Source of the DNA: Squalus acanthias
Lineage: Eukaryota
DNA length: 64,000 bases
Direction of reading: 5' to 3'
Assembly (NCBI GenBank): GCA_030390025.1
Contig: JASTWF010000035.1
Span: forward strand, 1-64,000
In this document: one piece after another, positions 12,178 to 24,064 of the stretch
Numbering within the stretch: the stretch's first letter is position 1
How the letters are laid out: every line of letters starts with the position of its first letter
Position numbers and translations under genes: made by a program
Notes under the pieces: generated by a model
Seen by the model: only the letters and a program-made list of their open reading frames with translations
The model's database searches: none
Told to the model about the DNA's origin: nothing

Positions 12178-12619
12178 TCAATATATTGCTCGTTGATCAA
12201 AAATGTTATATGAAAGTCTTTCTCACGACTGCTAGCGTTGCCGCTAGCGGCATAGATACTGTAGATGCCTAGTTCTTCAACATCAGGTGTGTTCACTTCA
12301 ATATTGTGAATTCCTCCCTTTTGTTGTCACTTACATTGCAAAGTTGGCAAGCCAGCTGCACGGGATCCTCGGAGCGCTGTGCGCAGCTGACAGGGAACAT
12401 TGGTTTAGAGGTGACTGATGCACTGGACATGACAAAGTCTATGGGCCCTGATAACATCTCGGCTGTAGTGTTGAAGACCTGTGCACCAGAGCTAGCCGCT
12501 CCTCCAGCCAAGCTGTTCCAGTACAGCCCTGACACTGGCATCTAACTGACAATGTGTAAGATTGCCCAGGTACCACCTATCCATGAAAAACAGGATAAAT
12601 CTAACATATTGTAAGTCAT

Positions 12620-13632
12620 CTCCCACCCTGTTCCCAGTCTGATCCTGGACTCTCAGTCCCACTCCCGCCCTGTTCCCAGTCTGATCCAGGACTCTCAGTC
12701 CCACTCCCGCCCTGTTCCCAGTCTGATCCTGGACTCTCAGTCCCACTCCCGCCCTGTTCCCAGTCTGATCCTGGAATCTCAGTCCCACTCCCGCCCTGTT
12801 CCCAGTCTGATCCTGGACTCTCAGTCCCACTCCCGCCCTGTTCCCAGTCTGATCCTGGACTCTCAGTCCCACTCTGGCCCTGTTCCCAGTCTGATCCTGG
12901 ACTCTCAGTCCCACTCCCGCCCTGTTCCCAGTCTGATCCTGGACTCTCAGTCCCACTCCGACCTGTTCCCAGTCTGATCCAGGACTCGGTCCCACTCCCG
13001 CCCTGTTCCCAGTCTGATCCTGGACTCTCAGTCCCACTCACACCCTTTTCCCAGTCTGATCCTGGACTCTCAGTCCCACTCCGCCCTGTTCCCAGTCTGA
13101 TCCTGGACTCTCAGTCACACTCCCGCCCTGTTCCCAGTCTGATCCTGGACTCTCAGTCCCACTCCGCCCTGTTCCAAGTCTGATCCTGGACTCTCAGTCC
13201 CACTCCGCCCTGTTCCAAGTCTGATCCTGGACTCTCAGTCCCACTCCGCCCTGTTCCCAGTCTGATCCAGGACTCGGTCCCACTCCCGCCCTGTTCCCAG
13301 TCTGATCCTGGACTCTCAGTCCCACTCACACCCTGTTCCCAGTCTGATCCTGGACTCTCAGTCCCACTCCGCCCTGTTCCAAGTCTGATCCTGGACTCTC
13401 AGTCCCACTCCCGCCCTGTTCCCAGTCTGATCCTGGACTCTCAGTCCCACTCCCGCCCTGTTCCCAGTCTGATCCTGGACTCTCAGTCCCACTCCCGCCC
13501 TGTTCCCAGTCTGATCCTGGACTCTCAGTCCCACTCCCGCCCTGTTCCCAGTCTGATCCTGGACTCTCAGTCCCACTCACACCCTGTTCCCAGTCTGATC
13601 CTGGACTCTCAGTCCCACTCCCGCCCTGTTCT
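12620..13632. repeat. 42-bp minisatellite (CCCTGTTCCCAGTCTGATCCTGGACTCTCAGTCCCACTCCCG)n
   Basis: About 24 head-to-tail units with 41-bp variants; paralogous array from 63731. Confidence 0.95.
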
Positions 13633-13756
13633 CGCCCTGTACCCAGCCTGGTGAAAATGGCCCCAGTGTGTTTACAGCAGGACTGAATTGAAGGGACTTT
13701 GTGCTGGGTAATTGCTCTGGATCTGGATTAACGCAGCCGAGTGTCTTCTCTCTCAG

Positions 13757-13846
13757 GTTTGAAGCCGGCAATCACCTCTGAGGGTTTGGAACTGACCTAT
13801 GCCACCAACCACCTGGGCCCATTCCTCCTGACAAGCCTGCTGCTGG
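13757..13846 (+). CDS. RDH-like SDR, copy A, exon 3
   Basis: TCTCAG acceptor, GTGAG donor; (G)LKPAITSEGLELTYATNHLGPFLLTSLLL; phases match exons 2 and 4. Not in the ORF track. Confidence 0.92.
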
Positions 13847-13869
13847 GTGAGTGATTCTCTCTGCATTGA

Positions 13870-15150
13870 TGATAATACAGGTCAATAAGGCCATAAAAAG
13901 CAAACCAAGCATTGGGTTCATTTCTAGAGGGATAGAAATGGAAAGCAGAGAAGTTATGCTAAACTTGTATGGAACCTTGGTTCGATCACACTTGGAGCAC
14001 TGTGCACAGTTCTGGTCGCCGTATTATAAAGGATATAGAGGCACTGGAGAAGGTGCAAAAATGATTGACAAGAATTAGACCAGAACTGAGAGATTATATC
14101 TATCAGGATGCTTTGGCAACAAGAGTAGGTCAGAGGCGAGGTATTCTGCAGCGAGTGTCTCACCTCCTGACTCCCCAAAGCCTTTCCACCATCTACAAGG
14201 CACAAGTAAGGAGTGTGATGGAATACTCTCCACTTGCCTGGATGAGTGCAGATCCAACAACACTCAAGAAGCTCGACACCATCCAGGACAAAGCAGCCCG
14301 CTTGATTGGCACCCCATCTACCACCTTAAACATTCACTCCCTCCACCACCAGCGTACCGTGGCTGCAGTGTGTTCCATCTACAAGATGCACTGCAGCAAC
14401 TCGCCAAGGCTTCTTCGGTAGCACCTCCCAAACCCACAAACTCTTCCACCTAGAAGGACAAGGGCAGCAGGCGCATGGGAACACCACCACCTCCACGTTC
14501 CCCTCCAAGTCACACACCATCCTGACTTGGAAGTATATCGGCCGTTCCTTCATCGTCGCTGGGTCAAAATCCTGGAACTCCCTCCCTAACAGCACTGTGG
14601 GAGTACCTTCAACACACAGACTGCAGCGGTTCAAGAAGGCAGCTCACCACCACCTTCTCAAGGGCAATTAGGGATGGGCAATAAATGCCGGCCTTGTCAG
14701 CGATGCCCACATCCCATAAACAAATTTTTAAAAAAGGAAAGCTTGAACAGGCTGGAGCTCTTTTCTCTAGAAAAGAGAAGGCTGAGGGGTGACCTGATAG
14801 AGGTCCTTAAGATTATGAAAGGGTTCGATAGGGTAGACGAGACCAGAACTAGGGGCCATCAATATAAGATAGTCACTAATAAATCCAATAGGGAATTCAG
14901 GAGAAACTTCTTTACCCAGAGAGTGGTGAGAATGTGGAACTCGCTACCACAGGGAGTGGTTCAGGTGAATAGTTAAGAGGCATTCAAGGGGAGGCCAGAT
15001 GAACAAACACCTGAGGGAGAAAGGAATAGAAGGTTATGTTGATGGGGTGAGATGAGGAGGGGTGGGAGGAGGCTCGTGTGGAGCATAACCACCAGCACAG
15101 ACCAGTTGGGCCGAATGGCCTGTTTCTGTGCTGTACATTCTATGTAATTC
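13870..15150 (+). mobile_element. Decayed CR1 3' end with nested second-family LINE (~14115-14720)
   Basis: HLEHCAQFWSP and RRNFFTQRVV pieces flanking a YKAQVRSVMEYSPLAW insert. Confidence 0.8.
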
Positions 15151-15187
15151 TATGTCGTTCTGTCACAATCTCGTTTCCAATTTTTAG

Positions 15188-15379
15188 ATTTGGTGAAGTG
15201 CTCGCAGAATGCACGGATTGTGAATGTCTCTTCGATGATTCACAGATGGGGGGAGGTAGACTTCAGGCAGATGAGAGGCGACAACCTGCCAAACTCCCTG
15301 GGAAAGTTGATGTACAACAACACCAAACTAATGAACGTCCTGTTCACACTGGAGCTGTCCAATCAACTCCGTCACACAG
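15188..15379 (+). CDS. RDH-like SDR, copy A, exon 4 (catalytic S and YxxxK)
   Basis: TTTTAG acceptor, GTAGG donor; ARIVNVSS...YNNTKLMNVLFTLEL. Confidence 0.93.
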
Positions 15380-15479
15380 GTAGGAACAGCCGGGGATGGA
15401 GGGGGGGATGGGGTCTGTCGCTAAGAGTCAGTGTTCACCCGGACATTCAATACTGTGCGTTTATGAGGGCCGCAATCAT

Positions 15480-15850
15480 TAGTAATCCAGAGGCCTGGAC
15501 TAATAATCCAGAGAACGTGAGTTCAATTCCTACCATGGCGGTTTGAGAATTCGAATTCAGTCAATTAAAATCTGGAAATAAAAAGCTGGGGTCAGTAAAC
15601 ATGACCATGAAGCTGTGGGATTGTTGTTAAAAACCCAACTGGTTTCACTGATGTCCGTTAGGGAAGGAAACCTGCCGTCCTTACCCGGTCTGGGCCTATA
15701 TGTGACTCCAGACCCACACCAACGTGGTTGACTCTTAACTGCCCTCAGTTGTATTAAGAAGGCGGCTCACCACCACCTTCTCAGGGCAGCTAGGGATGGG
15801 CAATAAATGCTGGCCTTGCCAGCGACGCCCACATCCCATAAACAAATGAA
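15480..15850 (+). mobile_element. SINE sharing its 3' tail with the second LINE family
   Basis: B-box-like GAGTTCAATTCC; tail AAGAAGGCGGCTCACCACCACC...GCGACGCCCACATCCC. Confidence 0.6.
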
Positions 15851-16675
15851 AAAGGTGCCTGACGGGATGAGCTGGGACGCTGAGATGGAAAAGATTTAAG
15901 GAGGTTGCTGAAGGTGGGGAGAGATATTGCAGGATGGAGGTTTAGACAGAGCTTCTCAACGACTGCTGCAATGTTGGGATGCAGGAGTGGACCTGTAGCC
16001 AGGCTCAGTCCCAGTTAAAACCCACAAAGACTGAGTGAACCATTCGCTTCCGTTGGAAGGTGAGTCAGAGCTGCAACTCGCCATCACATCACTGACCTGG
16101 GGAGATCTTTCCTCCTCTCACTGTCGGGCATGACCTGTCCTTTATTTGAGGTGCGCTCTGTTGCTGTGCTCCCGCACCCTCCACAGGACACGTTGCCAAT
16201 GATATTCCCATCCAGGGCCAGGTGGAGAATCCAGCCCCAGACAGATGTTGAGGTGGAACCCGGTGTGCCGGTTTGGTGAGTGGGGGCGTATCTGGGAGTG
16301 GGAGGAGGATGGTGCGGGCGGCACTGTCAAAGCCTTTGGAGAGATGAAGGAGAATGAGGAGGGATAGTGCATCATGGTCACCGTCGCAGAGAATGGCGTT
16401 CGTGGCTTGGGTTTGAGCTGTTGTGGTGCCGTGCAAGGGGTGGAGAAACCTGAATGGAAAGATTGAACCCACTCCCCCCGAAACATTAACACCCCCTCCG
16501 AAACATGAACCCTCCAGTGATTGTAGGACTGTGCAGCATAGTGGAGGAGGGCAGTTTTGTGTGCTGTAATTAATGAGGCTGAGAGTTGTATTTCAGGACT
16601 CTTATTACCTTGATAACTCTAGTTAGATCATTAAACTTATTTCTACCATTTCCACCATGCTCTTGGTACAATAAA

Positions 16676-18857
16676 GTCATAGAGTCATAGAGTTTATACA
16701 GCGCAGAAAGAGGCCCTTCGGCCCATCGTGTCCGCGCCGGCCATCAAGCCCTGTCTATTCTAATCCCATTTTCCAGCACTTGGTCCGTAGCCTTGTATGC
16801 TATGGCGTTTCAAGTGCTCATCTAAATGCTTCTTGAATGTTGTGAGGGTTCCTGCCTCTACCATCCTTTCAGGCAGTGAGTTCCAGATTCCAACCACCCT
16901 CTGGGTGAAAAAGTTTTTCCTCAAATCCCCTCTAAACCTCCTGCCCCTTACCTTGAAACTATGCCCCCTGGTTATTGACCCCTCTACTAAGGGGAAAAGT
17001 TCCTTTCTATCTACCCTATCTATGCCCCTCATAATTTTGTACACCTCAATCAGGTCCCCCCTCAGCCTTCTCTGCTCTAAAGAAAACAACCCCAGCCTGT
17101 CCAGTCTCTCTTCATAGCTGAAGCGCTCCAGCCCAGGTAACATCCTGGTGAATCTCCTCTGCACCCTCTCCAATGCAATCACATCCTTCCTATAGTGTGG
17201 CGACCAGAACTGCACACAGTATTCCAGCTGTGGCCGAACTAGCGTTTTGTACAGCTCCATCATAACCTCCCTGCTCTTATATTCTATGCCTCGGCTAATG
17301 AAGGCAAGTATCCCATATGCCTTCTTAACCACCTTATCTACCTGTCCTGCTGCCTTCAGGGATCTATGTACATGCACACCAAGGTCCCTCTGATCCTCTG
17401 TCCTTCCTAGGGTCCTACCATTCATTGTGTATTCCCTTGCCTTGTTAGTCCTCCCAAAATGCATCACCTCACACTTTTCAGAGTTAAATTCCATTTGCCA
17501 CTGTTCTGCCCATCTAACCAACCCGTCTATATCGTCCTGTAGCCTGAGGCTTCCCTCCTCGCTATTTACCACTCCACCAATTTTCGTGTCATCTGCGAAC
17601 TTACTGATCATATCTCCTACATTCATATCTAAATCATTAATGTACACTACAAACAGCAAAGGACCCAGCACCGATCCCTGCGGTACACTACTGGACACAG
17701 GCTTCCAGTCACAAAAACAACCTTCGACCATCACCCTCTGCCTCCTCCCACTTAGCCAATTTTGGATCCTATGCGCCAAGTTGCCCTGGATCCCATGGGC
17801 TCTTACCTTTTTGACCAGTCTCCCATGCGGGACTTTGTCAAAAGCCTTACTGAAGTCCATGTAGACCACATCAACTGCACTACCCTCATCCACACACCAA
17901 GTCAACCCCTCGAAAAATTCAATCAAATTGGTTAGACATGATCTCCCCCTGACAAAGCCATGCTGACTATCCTTGATTAATCCTTGCCTCTCCAAGTGGA
18001 GACTAATTCTGTCCCTCAGAATTTTTTCCAATAATTTCCCTACCACTGATGTTAGACTCACTGGCCTGTAATTCCCTGGTTTATTCCTACTACCCTTCTT
18101 GAATAATGGTACTACGTTAGCTGTTCTCCAGTCCTCTGGCACCTCCCCTGTGGCCAGAGAGGTTCTGAAAATTTGTGTCGGAGCCCCTGCAATCTCCTCC
18201 CTTGCCTCACACAGCAGCCTGGGATACATCTCGTCTGGGCCTGGGGATTTATCCACTTTTAAGCCCGCTAAAACTGCTAGTACCTCCTCCCTCTCAATAC
18301 TAATTTGTTCAAGTATATCACATCCCCCTGCCTGATTTCTATGCCTACATCTTACTTCTCCATAGTGAACACAGATGCAAAATATTCATTTAAAACCCCA
18401 TCTACATCTTCTGGCTCTACACACAGATTGCCACTTTGGTTCCTAATGGGCCCTACTCTTTCCCTGGTTATCCTCTTGCCCTTAATATACTTATAAAACA
18501 CCTTGGGATTTTCCTGTATTTTGCCCGCCAGTGTTATTTCAAGCCCTCTCTTTGCTCTCCTAATTTCTTTAAGTACCCCCCTGCACTTTCTATACTCCTC
18601 TAGGGCTTCCACTGTTTTTGGTCCTTTGTATCTGCCAAAAGCCTCCCTTTTTTTCCGAATCCATTCTCGTGTATCCCTTGACATCCAGGGTTCCCTGGGC
18701 TTGTCGGTCCCACCCTTGACCTTTACGGGAACATGTTGCCGTTGTACTCTCTCTATTTCCTTTCTGAATGACTCCCACTGCTCTGATGTGGATTTTCCTA
18801 CAAGTAGCTGATCCCAGTCCACTTTGGCCAGATCCTGCCTTATCATATTGAAGTCGG
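16676..18857 (-). mobile_element. Young CR1 LINE, RT ORF 16760-18256 open
   Basis: Complete RT motif set (KSPGPD, NYRPVSLTS, FADDTK); 5' side cut at the TG of the next element. Confidence 0.93.
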
Positions 18858-19405
18858 TGTTAGATCAGAATTGGGACTTTTTCACAGGGGCCCACTTCTG
18901 ACACCGGGACTAATTAAAGTCCTAAGAGGTCACCCCTGCTCCCGGCATCCCAATTACTCACCAACGGGCCTTACTGTTACATCGAATTTGGAGCAAAACC
19001 AGACGGAGACGGAACTGAAGACAAAGTAAAAGTTTATTGGAAACTAGCCAGAAGGCTTTGTGCACAAAGGGAGACAGGTTGATCTCCTCAGACTCGAACC
19101 CAACTCTCCAAGGATAAATTACATACAAGCATTGATATACCTTTTGATACGCAACACCCACAGGTTACAAAAGTGGGCGTGCACATAGAAACAGCGTCGC
19201 TACCATTGCTCCCTTATTGGTTAATGATCAGTCACTCAATGTTGGGAGACGCCTTGAAATGTTCTGTGACATTAAACATAACACATAGTTGTTATACATA
19301 GGGCCTTCATCTAGTCTCTGGGGGCGAGGTCTACCAGACTCCATCTTGTCTCTTAATCAAGGTCGTACCACGCTTATCTTTCCTTTCCCATATTGTTGTA
19401 TTTTC
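18858..19405 (-). mobile_element. Probable partial LTR of an unrelated element
   Basis: Starts with TG exactly where CR1 homology stops; minus-strand AATAAA near 19035; no coding signal. Confidence 0.4.
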
Positions 19406-21076
19406 TGTAAGGGGTTATGTCGTGCTTGTATCACAGATGGTGCTGGTGCGGGGTTAGGCCTTCGTTGCCTAATACTATTGCTTGCTCTGGTCTCCGGCCA
19501 GCCTTGTTGCAATAAGCACCTGTGAGTGGTTCGACCCACTCGCCCTTACGGTTCTAACACTGGACTTAGGTGCGAGAGCAGTAATGCAGAGAAAAACTCA
19601 AATAGACCCGGTTGAATAGTACAAACTGGAAATCTTTATTGCATAGCGTCCAAAATCATGAAGTACATGTCATAGGCGCAAATTAACGAGAGTACAAGTA
19701 TACATACATTCATAAAGCTTGGTCTATGGTAATGAAGAACGCACGGCACATCGTAAAAAGGGGAACACATTATACTTTATCCTTAATAAAACCACCCTCC
19801 CTTATCAATACCTACACTACATCTAGATTTGTAGGATCGGGAAACATGCTCACCACTCGTGTTACTTCGGAGAATTTTTAAGTGAGGCACTCGGCTCGTT
19901 TCGCTGCAGCGCCTGACTGTCACGTGTTTGGAGGGGTCTCTGTACCCCACTTGTTTATCTTCGCTGCTGCGGCAAGCAGGCTGGGCTCCCCGTTGTCATG
20001 AAGAACTCGACAGCACTCGGGCCCGGCTGTAGAATTCAAAAAAAAGTCTTCCTGTACCGACACCGGTTGTCGGTAGGATTCAAAGAAAAGTCTTCAACTG
20101 TGCAGTAACCTGTAGAGTTCAAGAAATGGGTCGTATATTTTCGGGCGCGGTCGGGGTTTACTGACCGCGGCGGCACGTGGATTCTTCTTCTTCTCTTGTC
20201 ATCTCGTCTTGTCTTGTTGGGCCTTCGGGTCCAAACACCATTTACCGACTCTCGGGATGGTGCACCCGATCACTGGCCTTCGTCGAGGCGGCTCGTTCCA
20301 ATTGAGCTCCACCCAACATTCGAATAACCGTCCAGTGCGGCTAAAGTCCAGAGTCAACAGAGTCCAGAGAAAACACAGAAGTTCAGCCCGAGTCAAGAGA
20401 CCGCAGAGATAAGAGTCGAATCAAGAGACCGATGGACATTTGCTCACTATAGTTATAGTGCTGTGTTCCCTTATCTCCCGCCCAAATCTTAATGCTTGTC
20501 CTTTGTGAAATATTGGCGCTCAAAACTCCCAGCATGGGGCGATTCTTGTCTTTAACGGGTTTCGGTAGTACCTGAAACTGGCCAACTTCCCGTTAATGTT
20601 TTCCCCATTGTTGGCCCAGCCAGGATCGTATGAACCGTCTCCCTGACTGGTTTTGGGGGCCCCCGAATACTTGTTTAATCACCCGAGAATGGCTCTCTCA
20701 TTGTAGAGCCGTGGAGGTATTTGTGTATTGATGTGTCTGGATGGGCCTTCGATTGCCCAGTACAATTGTCCTTACTTGTGCATGGAAAACGATTCCAGCA
20801 CTCATATCTTTTGCTATTGTCACAAATGCAAACAGGTTGCATCCTGTCTTTATCAGTGCTTATCGAGTATGATCCCGCCTTATATTGAAAAATATTTATT
20901 CGAACGCCATCTTGTCTGCCCACTGAAATTCTGGAAGCTTCTGCCACGATGCGCGGTGGCCATTTTACAGGCTTCTGTGTCCTTTATATCATGACAGCAT
21001 TTCGTTTAAATAAACTGATCAAACGAATTTGCTTCTATCTTGTTATTTCGAATCGCGATAATTGCGAAACTTTACA
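19406..21076 (-). mobile_element. ERV-1 3' LTR (~1.67 kb)
   Basis: Minus strand begins TGTAAAGTTTCGCAATTATCGCGATT and ends CCCCTTACA, matching the ERV-2 LTR ends; conserved GGGCGGG/TATAA and AATAAA. Confidence 0.85.
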
Positions 21077-21471
21077 GTCCCTCCTGTTGATGCGAATAAC
21101 TCCGCTTATCGTATCAATTAAAAGTGGTGGTGAGCAAAATTATCCCGATTCTCCACATCCAAACACTCCCTTAACTTAAACTATCTATGGTCTCCATGCC
21201 GTCCTCATTTCCCAGGGAAATTACATTGTTTAAACTTGGACAAACCGTAGGCAGCATTGCCTTTAAACTTACATTGCGAATACGCCTTCCAGGTGCAACA
21301 GGCCGATGCCTCTCGCACCACCTGTATGTGCATGTTTTTATTATACAAGGAAAAATAATCAAAACAACTCTTTTAAAATACAAAGGTTCTAAACTTAGTT
21401 ACACATCTACATAACTAAACAATCAATTACAAAACACACATGGTAAAATGGAGCGGCGTCATCCTGGCCGT

Positions 21472-23796
21472 TTACACGGTACTTTTCTCATTCACGCGCA
21501 CGTAACGTTCTCTCCACTCCCCTGTGTTCTCCTGCTTTGTGAGGCGTTTGCCTCTCTTGCAGTGTACGACCAATAGGTACACTACAATTATAACTTGGCA
21601 CACAACCGAAATGTGGGAGGCTATCCTGATCCATGACGGAACTTCAATATTGGTGAACAGGTCCCACCACGGTGGGATTACTATGTCCAAAATTTCTGTC
21701 CCTATTTCGACAGTCTTTTGTTCCAGGGTGTAAAAATGTTTTTGTGATACCGCGACGGCTTTCAAAAGCTTGGTGAGGTGTTCAGGGAGAGGGGGAATGA
21801 TGTATCCGAAATGCGTGTCGAATCGCTGCAAGTCGGTGAAATTCTCTTTTACTGTAAGATGAACAGTGGATGGTTCAGGGATCGGGACAATTCGCTGTTG
21901 TGCCACTTGAACTTCAGCCCTGGGTTTAAAACAGAAACTGCTGTCACTCACCGGACACCGGCTGTGCTGTCCATGCTGGTAGTGTTGCGCTGCAGTGGTA
22001 ACGCAATATGTTCCACCCCCTATGTATGCCACCTGCGGAGGCACATGATCTTGTGTCATTGCCTCCATGGTGCAATTCATGGGCTTGGCGCCAGCCGTTC
22101 TGAACCCGCATTGTGGTGTTGAAAAGGCATTCAAGTGCTGGGGACACAGGATGATGTGTGCTCCCCGGCCACGACAACCCGAAAGGTCGGTACCTGTCAT
22201 CGTTTGCTCCCAGCGGATGACGTAAGGTGGGACCGCTGCGTAGCGAATGTGGGCTCTCCCCTGAATGACACCAATGTTCTCCACCCGATACACCGGGGCG
22301 GGCTTTGCTGTGTCGCCCATGATGGTATGGTTTGACCGTCCGCAGTCCACGGGGACTGGGTATGCCTCTGAGGCTAGCCTGAGCTGGCACGGGCTTAATG
22401 CGTTCTGAAAAGGGTGGAGCGCCTGCAGGTGTTTGTTACTTATCCAGGACGGGACCAAACCTTGTTTTAAATCCTCCAAATGACTGCGGCCCTCGCCCAG
22501 TAACCACGCCCCGTATAGTACGCACACCTCGTTCTGCGCAGCTTGATCGGATGCGTTCCGATCTTCCCTGATCAGGGCATTTACCGTTCTCGCATGCTTC
22601 TCCAGCTCTGCTATAATCTCCTTTAAGTGTAGTGTCATGGCCTGGTCCTCATGTAACTCAGACCCTACTGCCTTGTTTTCGCTTGTGATGATGCTTTTTA
22701 ATTGTGTTTTTAAACCATTGATCTGGGTCTGCAGCTCCACGTTGTCTAGAGCGTTGACCACAGATGTTCCTGTATTAAAGGCAGTGAACATGTCGTTCAC
22801 AATACCCCTTCTTTGTCTCCCCACCTGACCCAAAACTTCGTGTGCTGTGGTGTACAAGCTTGTTTTGTCAATCTCCGCAAAATCAAACTCGTAGAATTGT
22901 CTGAACATGTTTGTCAACAGGACCTGGTACAATTGTTCCGTTTCTTTGGGACACCACTCTGGTAAACGCACCTCGGTGAGATTTAGAATCACCGAAGCCA
23001 CCGTGTAATGTACCCCTTGAAATAGTATCTGGTCTGTTGGGACCAGTACCAAACCATTCCCGGGCCCCTTAGTGGTTTTAGGGCACCCTTCCTCCTGAGC
23101 CAAAACCACCGGAATCGTGGGCGGAGCCTTGCGTGGGCGCGTGATGAGTTCAGTGGCGTTTACCGGGATCGGGGAGAATGGAGCTCCGCACCCCTTTGTG
23201 CTGACATCCCACCTCATCCCTTTCCCGTTATCCTGCCACTGGTGTACGAAAAATATGGATATACCCTTGGGGCAAACGTACTTCGATCCCCACATACAAA
23301 CATATATTCCCTCATCCAGTTCCCACCATTTGTCCCAACAGACTTTCAATTGTCCGTTAGTCCACGTAATTGTCCGATGGGTATTGTTACCCAATCGCTC
23401 CCACTCGACCGAGGAATTTCTCATAGTCTTGATTAACTTCCGTAACCACCACCATCGGCTCAACGGGACCTTCCCATTGCATGTCAAACAAATCCTTTTG
23501 CCGACGGTGACGCTGATTCTGGGTGCAATGATCCTCACTCTGGGGCACAGTAAAGAAGTCTCTTTGTAGGCAAATCCGGATGCGCTGGAGTATTCCGTTG
23601 AATTCGTTCCCAGCCATCCCGGCCACCTTCCCTTGTGGAAATAAGTGGCGGTTTCCTCAGCCTTTCGCTCCCCGGTCCCATCCGTCATGATGGGGCCCGT
23701 GTCCCCGGAGCAACCAAACACAACGACATCCTTGGTGAGGCCCCGATAGGCCAATCCATATCCGATCGTTGCGAGCACTATCAGAATCCGTTCCAT
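21472..23796 (-). CDS. env: ERV-1 envelope / class I fusion glycoprotein (774 aa)
   Basis: Signal peptide, RQRR furin site, fusion peptide, heptad repeats, Cys-rich region, TM; open frame with a 9-aa deletion relative to ERV-2 Env. Confidence 0.9.
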   Translation of the reverse strand: MERILIVLATIGYGLAYRGLTKDVVVFGCSGDTGPIMTDGTGERKAEETATYFHKGRWPGWLGTNSTEYSSASGFAYKETSLLCPRVRIIAPRISVTVGKRICLTCNGKVPLSRWWWLRKLIKTMRNSSVEWERLGNNTHRTITWTNGQLKVCWDKWWELDEGIYVCMWGSKYVCPKGISIFFVHQWQDNGKGMRWDVSTKGCGAPFSPIPVNATELITRPRKAPPTIPVVLAQEEGCPKTTKGPGNGLVLVPTDQILFQGVHYTVASVILNLTEVRLPEWCPKETEQLYQVLLTNMFRQFYEFDFAEIDKTSLYTTAHEVLGQVGRQRRGIVNDMFTAFNTGTSVVNALDNVELQTQINGLKTQLKSIITSENKAVGSELHEDQAMTLHLKEIIAELEKHARTVNALIREDRNASDQAAQNEVCVLYGAWLLGEGRSHLEDLKQGLVPSWISNKHLQALHPFQNALSPCQLRLASEAYPVPVDCGRSNHTIMGDTAKPAPVYRVENIGVIQGRAHIRYAAVPPYVIRWEQTMTGTDLSGCRGRGAHIILCPQHLNAFSTPQCGFRTAGAKPMNCTMEAMTQDHVPPQVAYIGGGTYCVTTAAQHYQHGQHSRCPVSDSSFCFKPRAEVQVAQQRIVPIPEPSTVHLTVKENFTDLQRFDTHFGYIIPPLPEHLTKLLKAVAVSQKHFYTLEQKTVEIGTEILDIVIPPWWDLFTNIEVPSWIRIASHISVVCQVIIVVYLLVVHCKRGKRLTKQENTGEWRERYVRVNEKSTV

Positions 23797-24064
23797 CTTT
23801 CCTGGTTCCTGTGATCAGATAAAATGATGTAGCCAGCCTCCCAAGAGTCTCTGGCTTTTGTGAAGGGTGAGCGGGTCCCTTGACCTCGTCTCACATATAA
23901 CGACATGTATGCTGGATAGACTTTAACTATTCCTATCTCTAACTCCCATCATTTATCTTTTACTTTTAAAATTAAACTACAAACTTACCAAACTTACAAA
24001 ACTTAAACTTAAACTTATCCTAAACTTAAACTGTACAGCGCCGCCCGTTCCCAGGGCGGCCTAC

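Larger units (their letters stand above)
3039..12400 (-). mobile_element. Fragmented Gypsy (Mag/K02A2.6-like) LTR retrotransposon split by many nested insertions
   Basis: Minus-strand pieces in colinear order: protease (10735-11043, 12190-12300), RT (9330-9825: VRLCGDYK, FSKLDLSHA), integrase (5110-5270: LLKYRTTPH...TPAELL; 4680-4945: VHVDQM), PPT/LTR. Confidence 0.8.

Noticed and set aside
12620..13632. Possible CRISPR array
   Set aside because: Head-to-tail repeats without unique spacers, no cas genes, eukaryotic intron.
16300..16440. ORF 16089-16472 as a gene
   Set aside because: Contains only a decayed L2-like RT snippet (ILCD..LSLLILL.LS..FD); too degraded to delimit.
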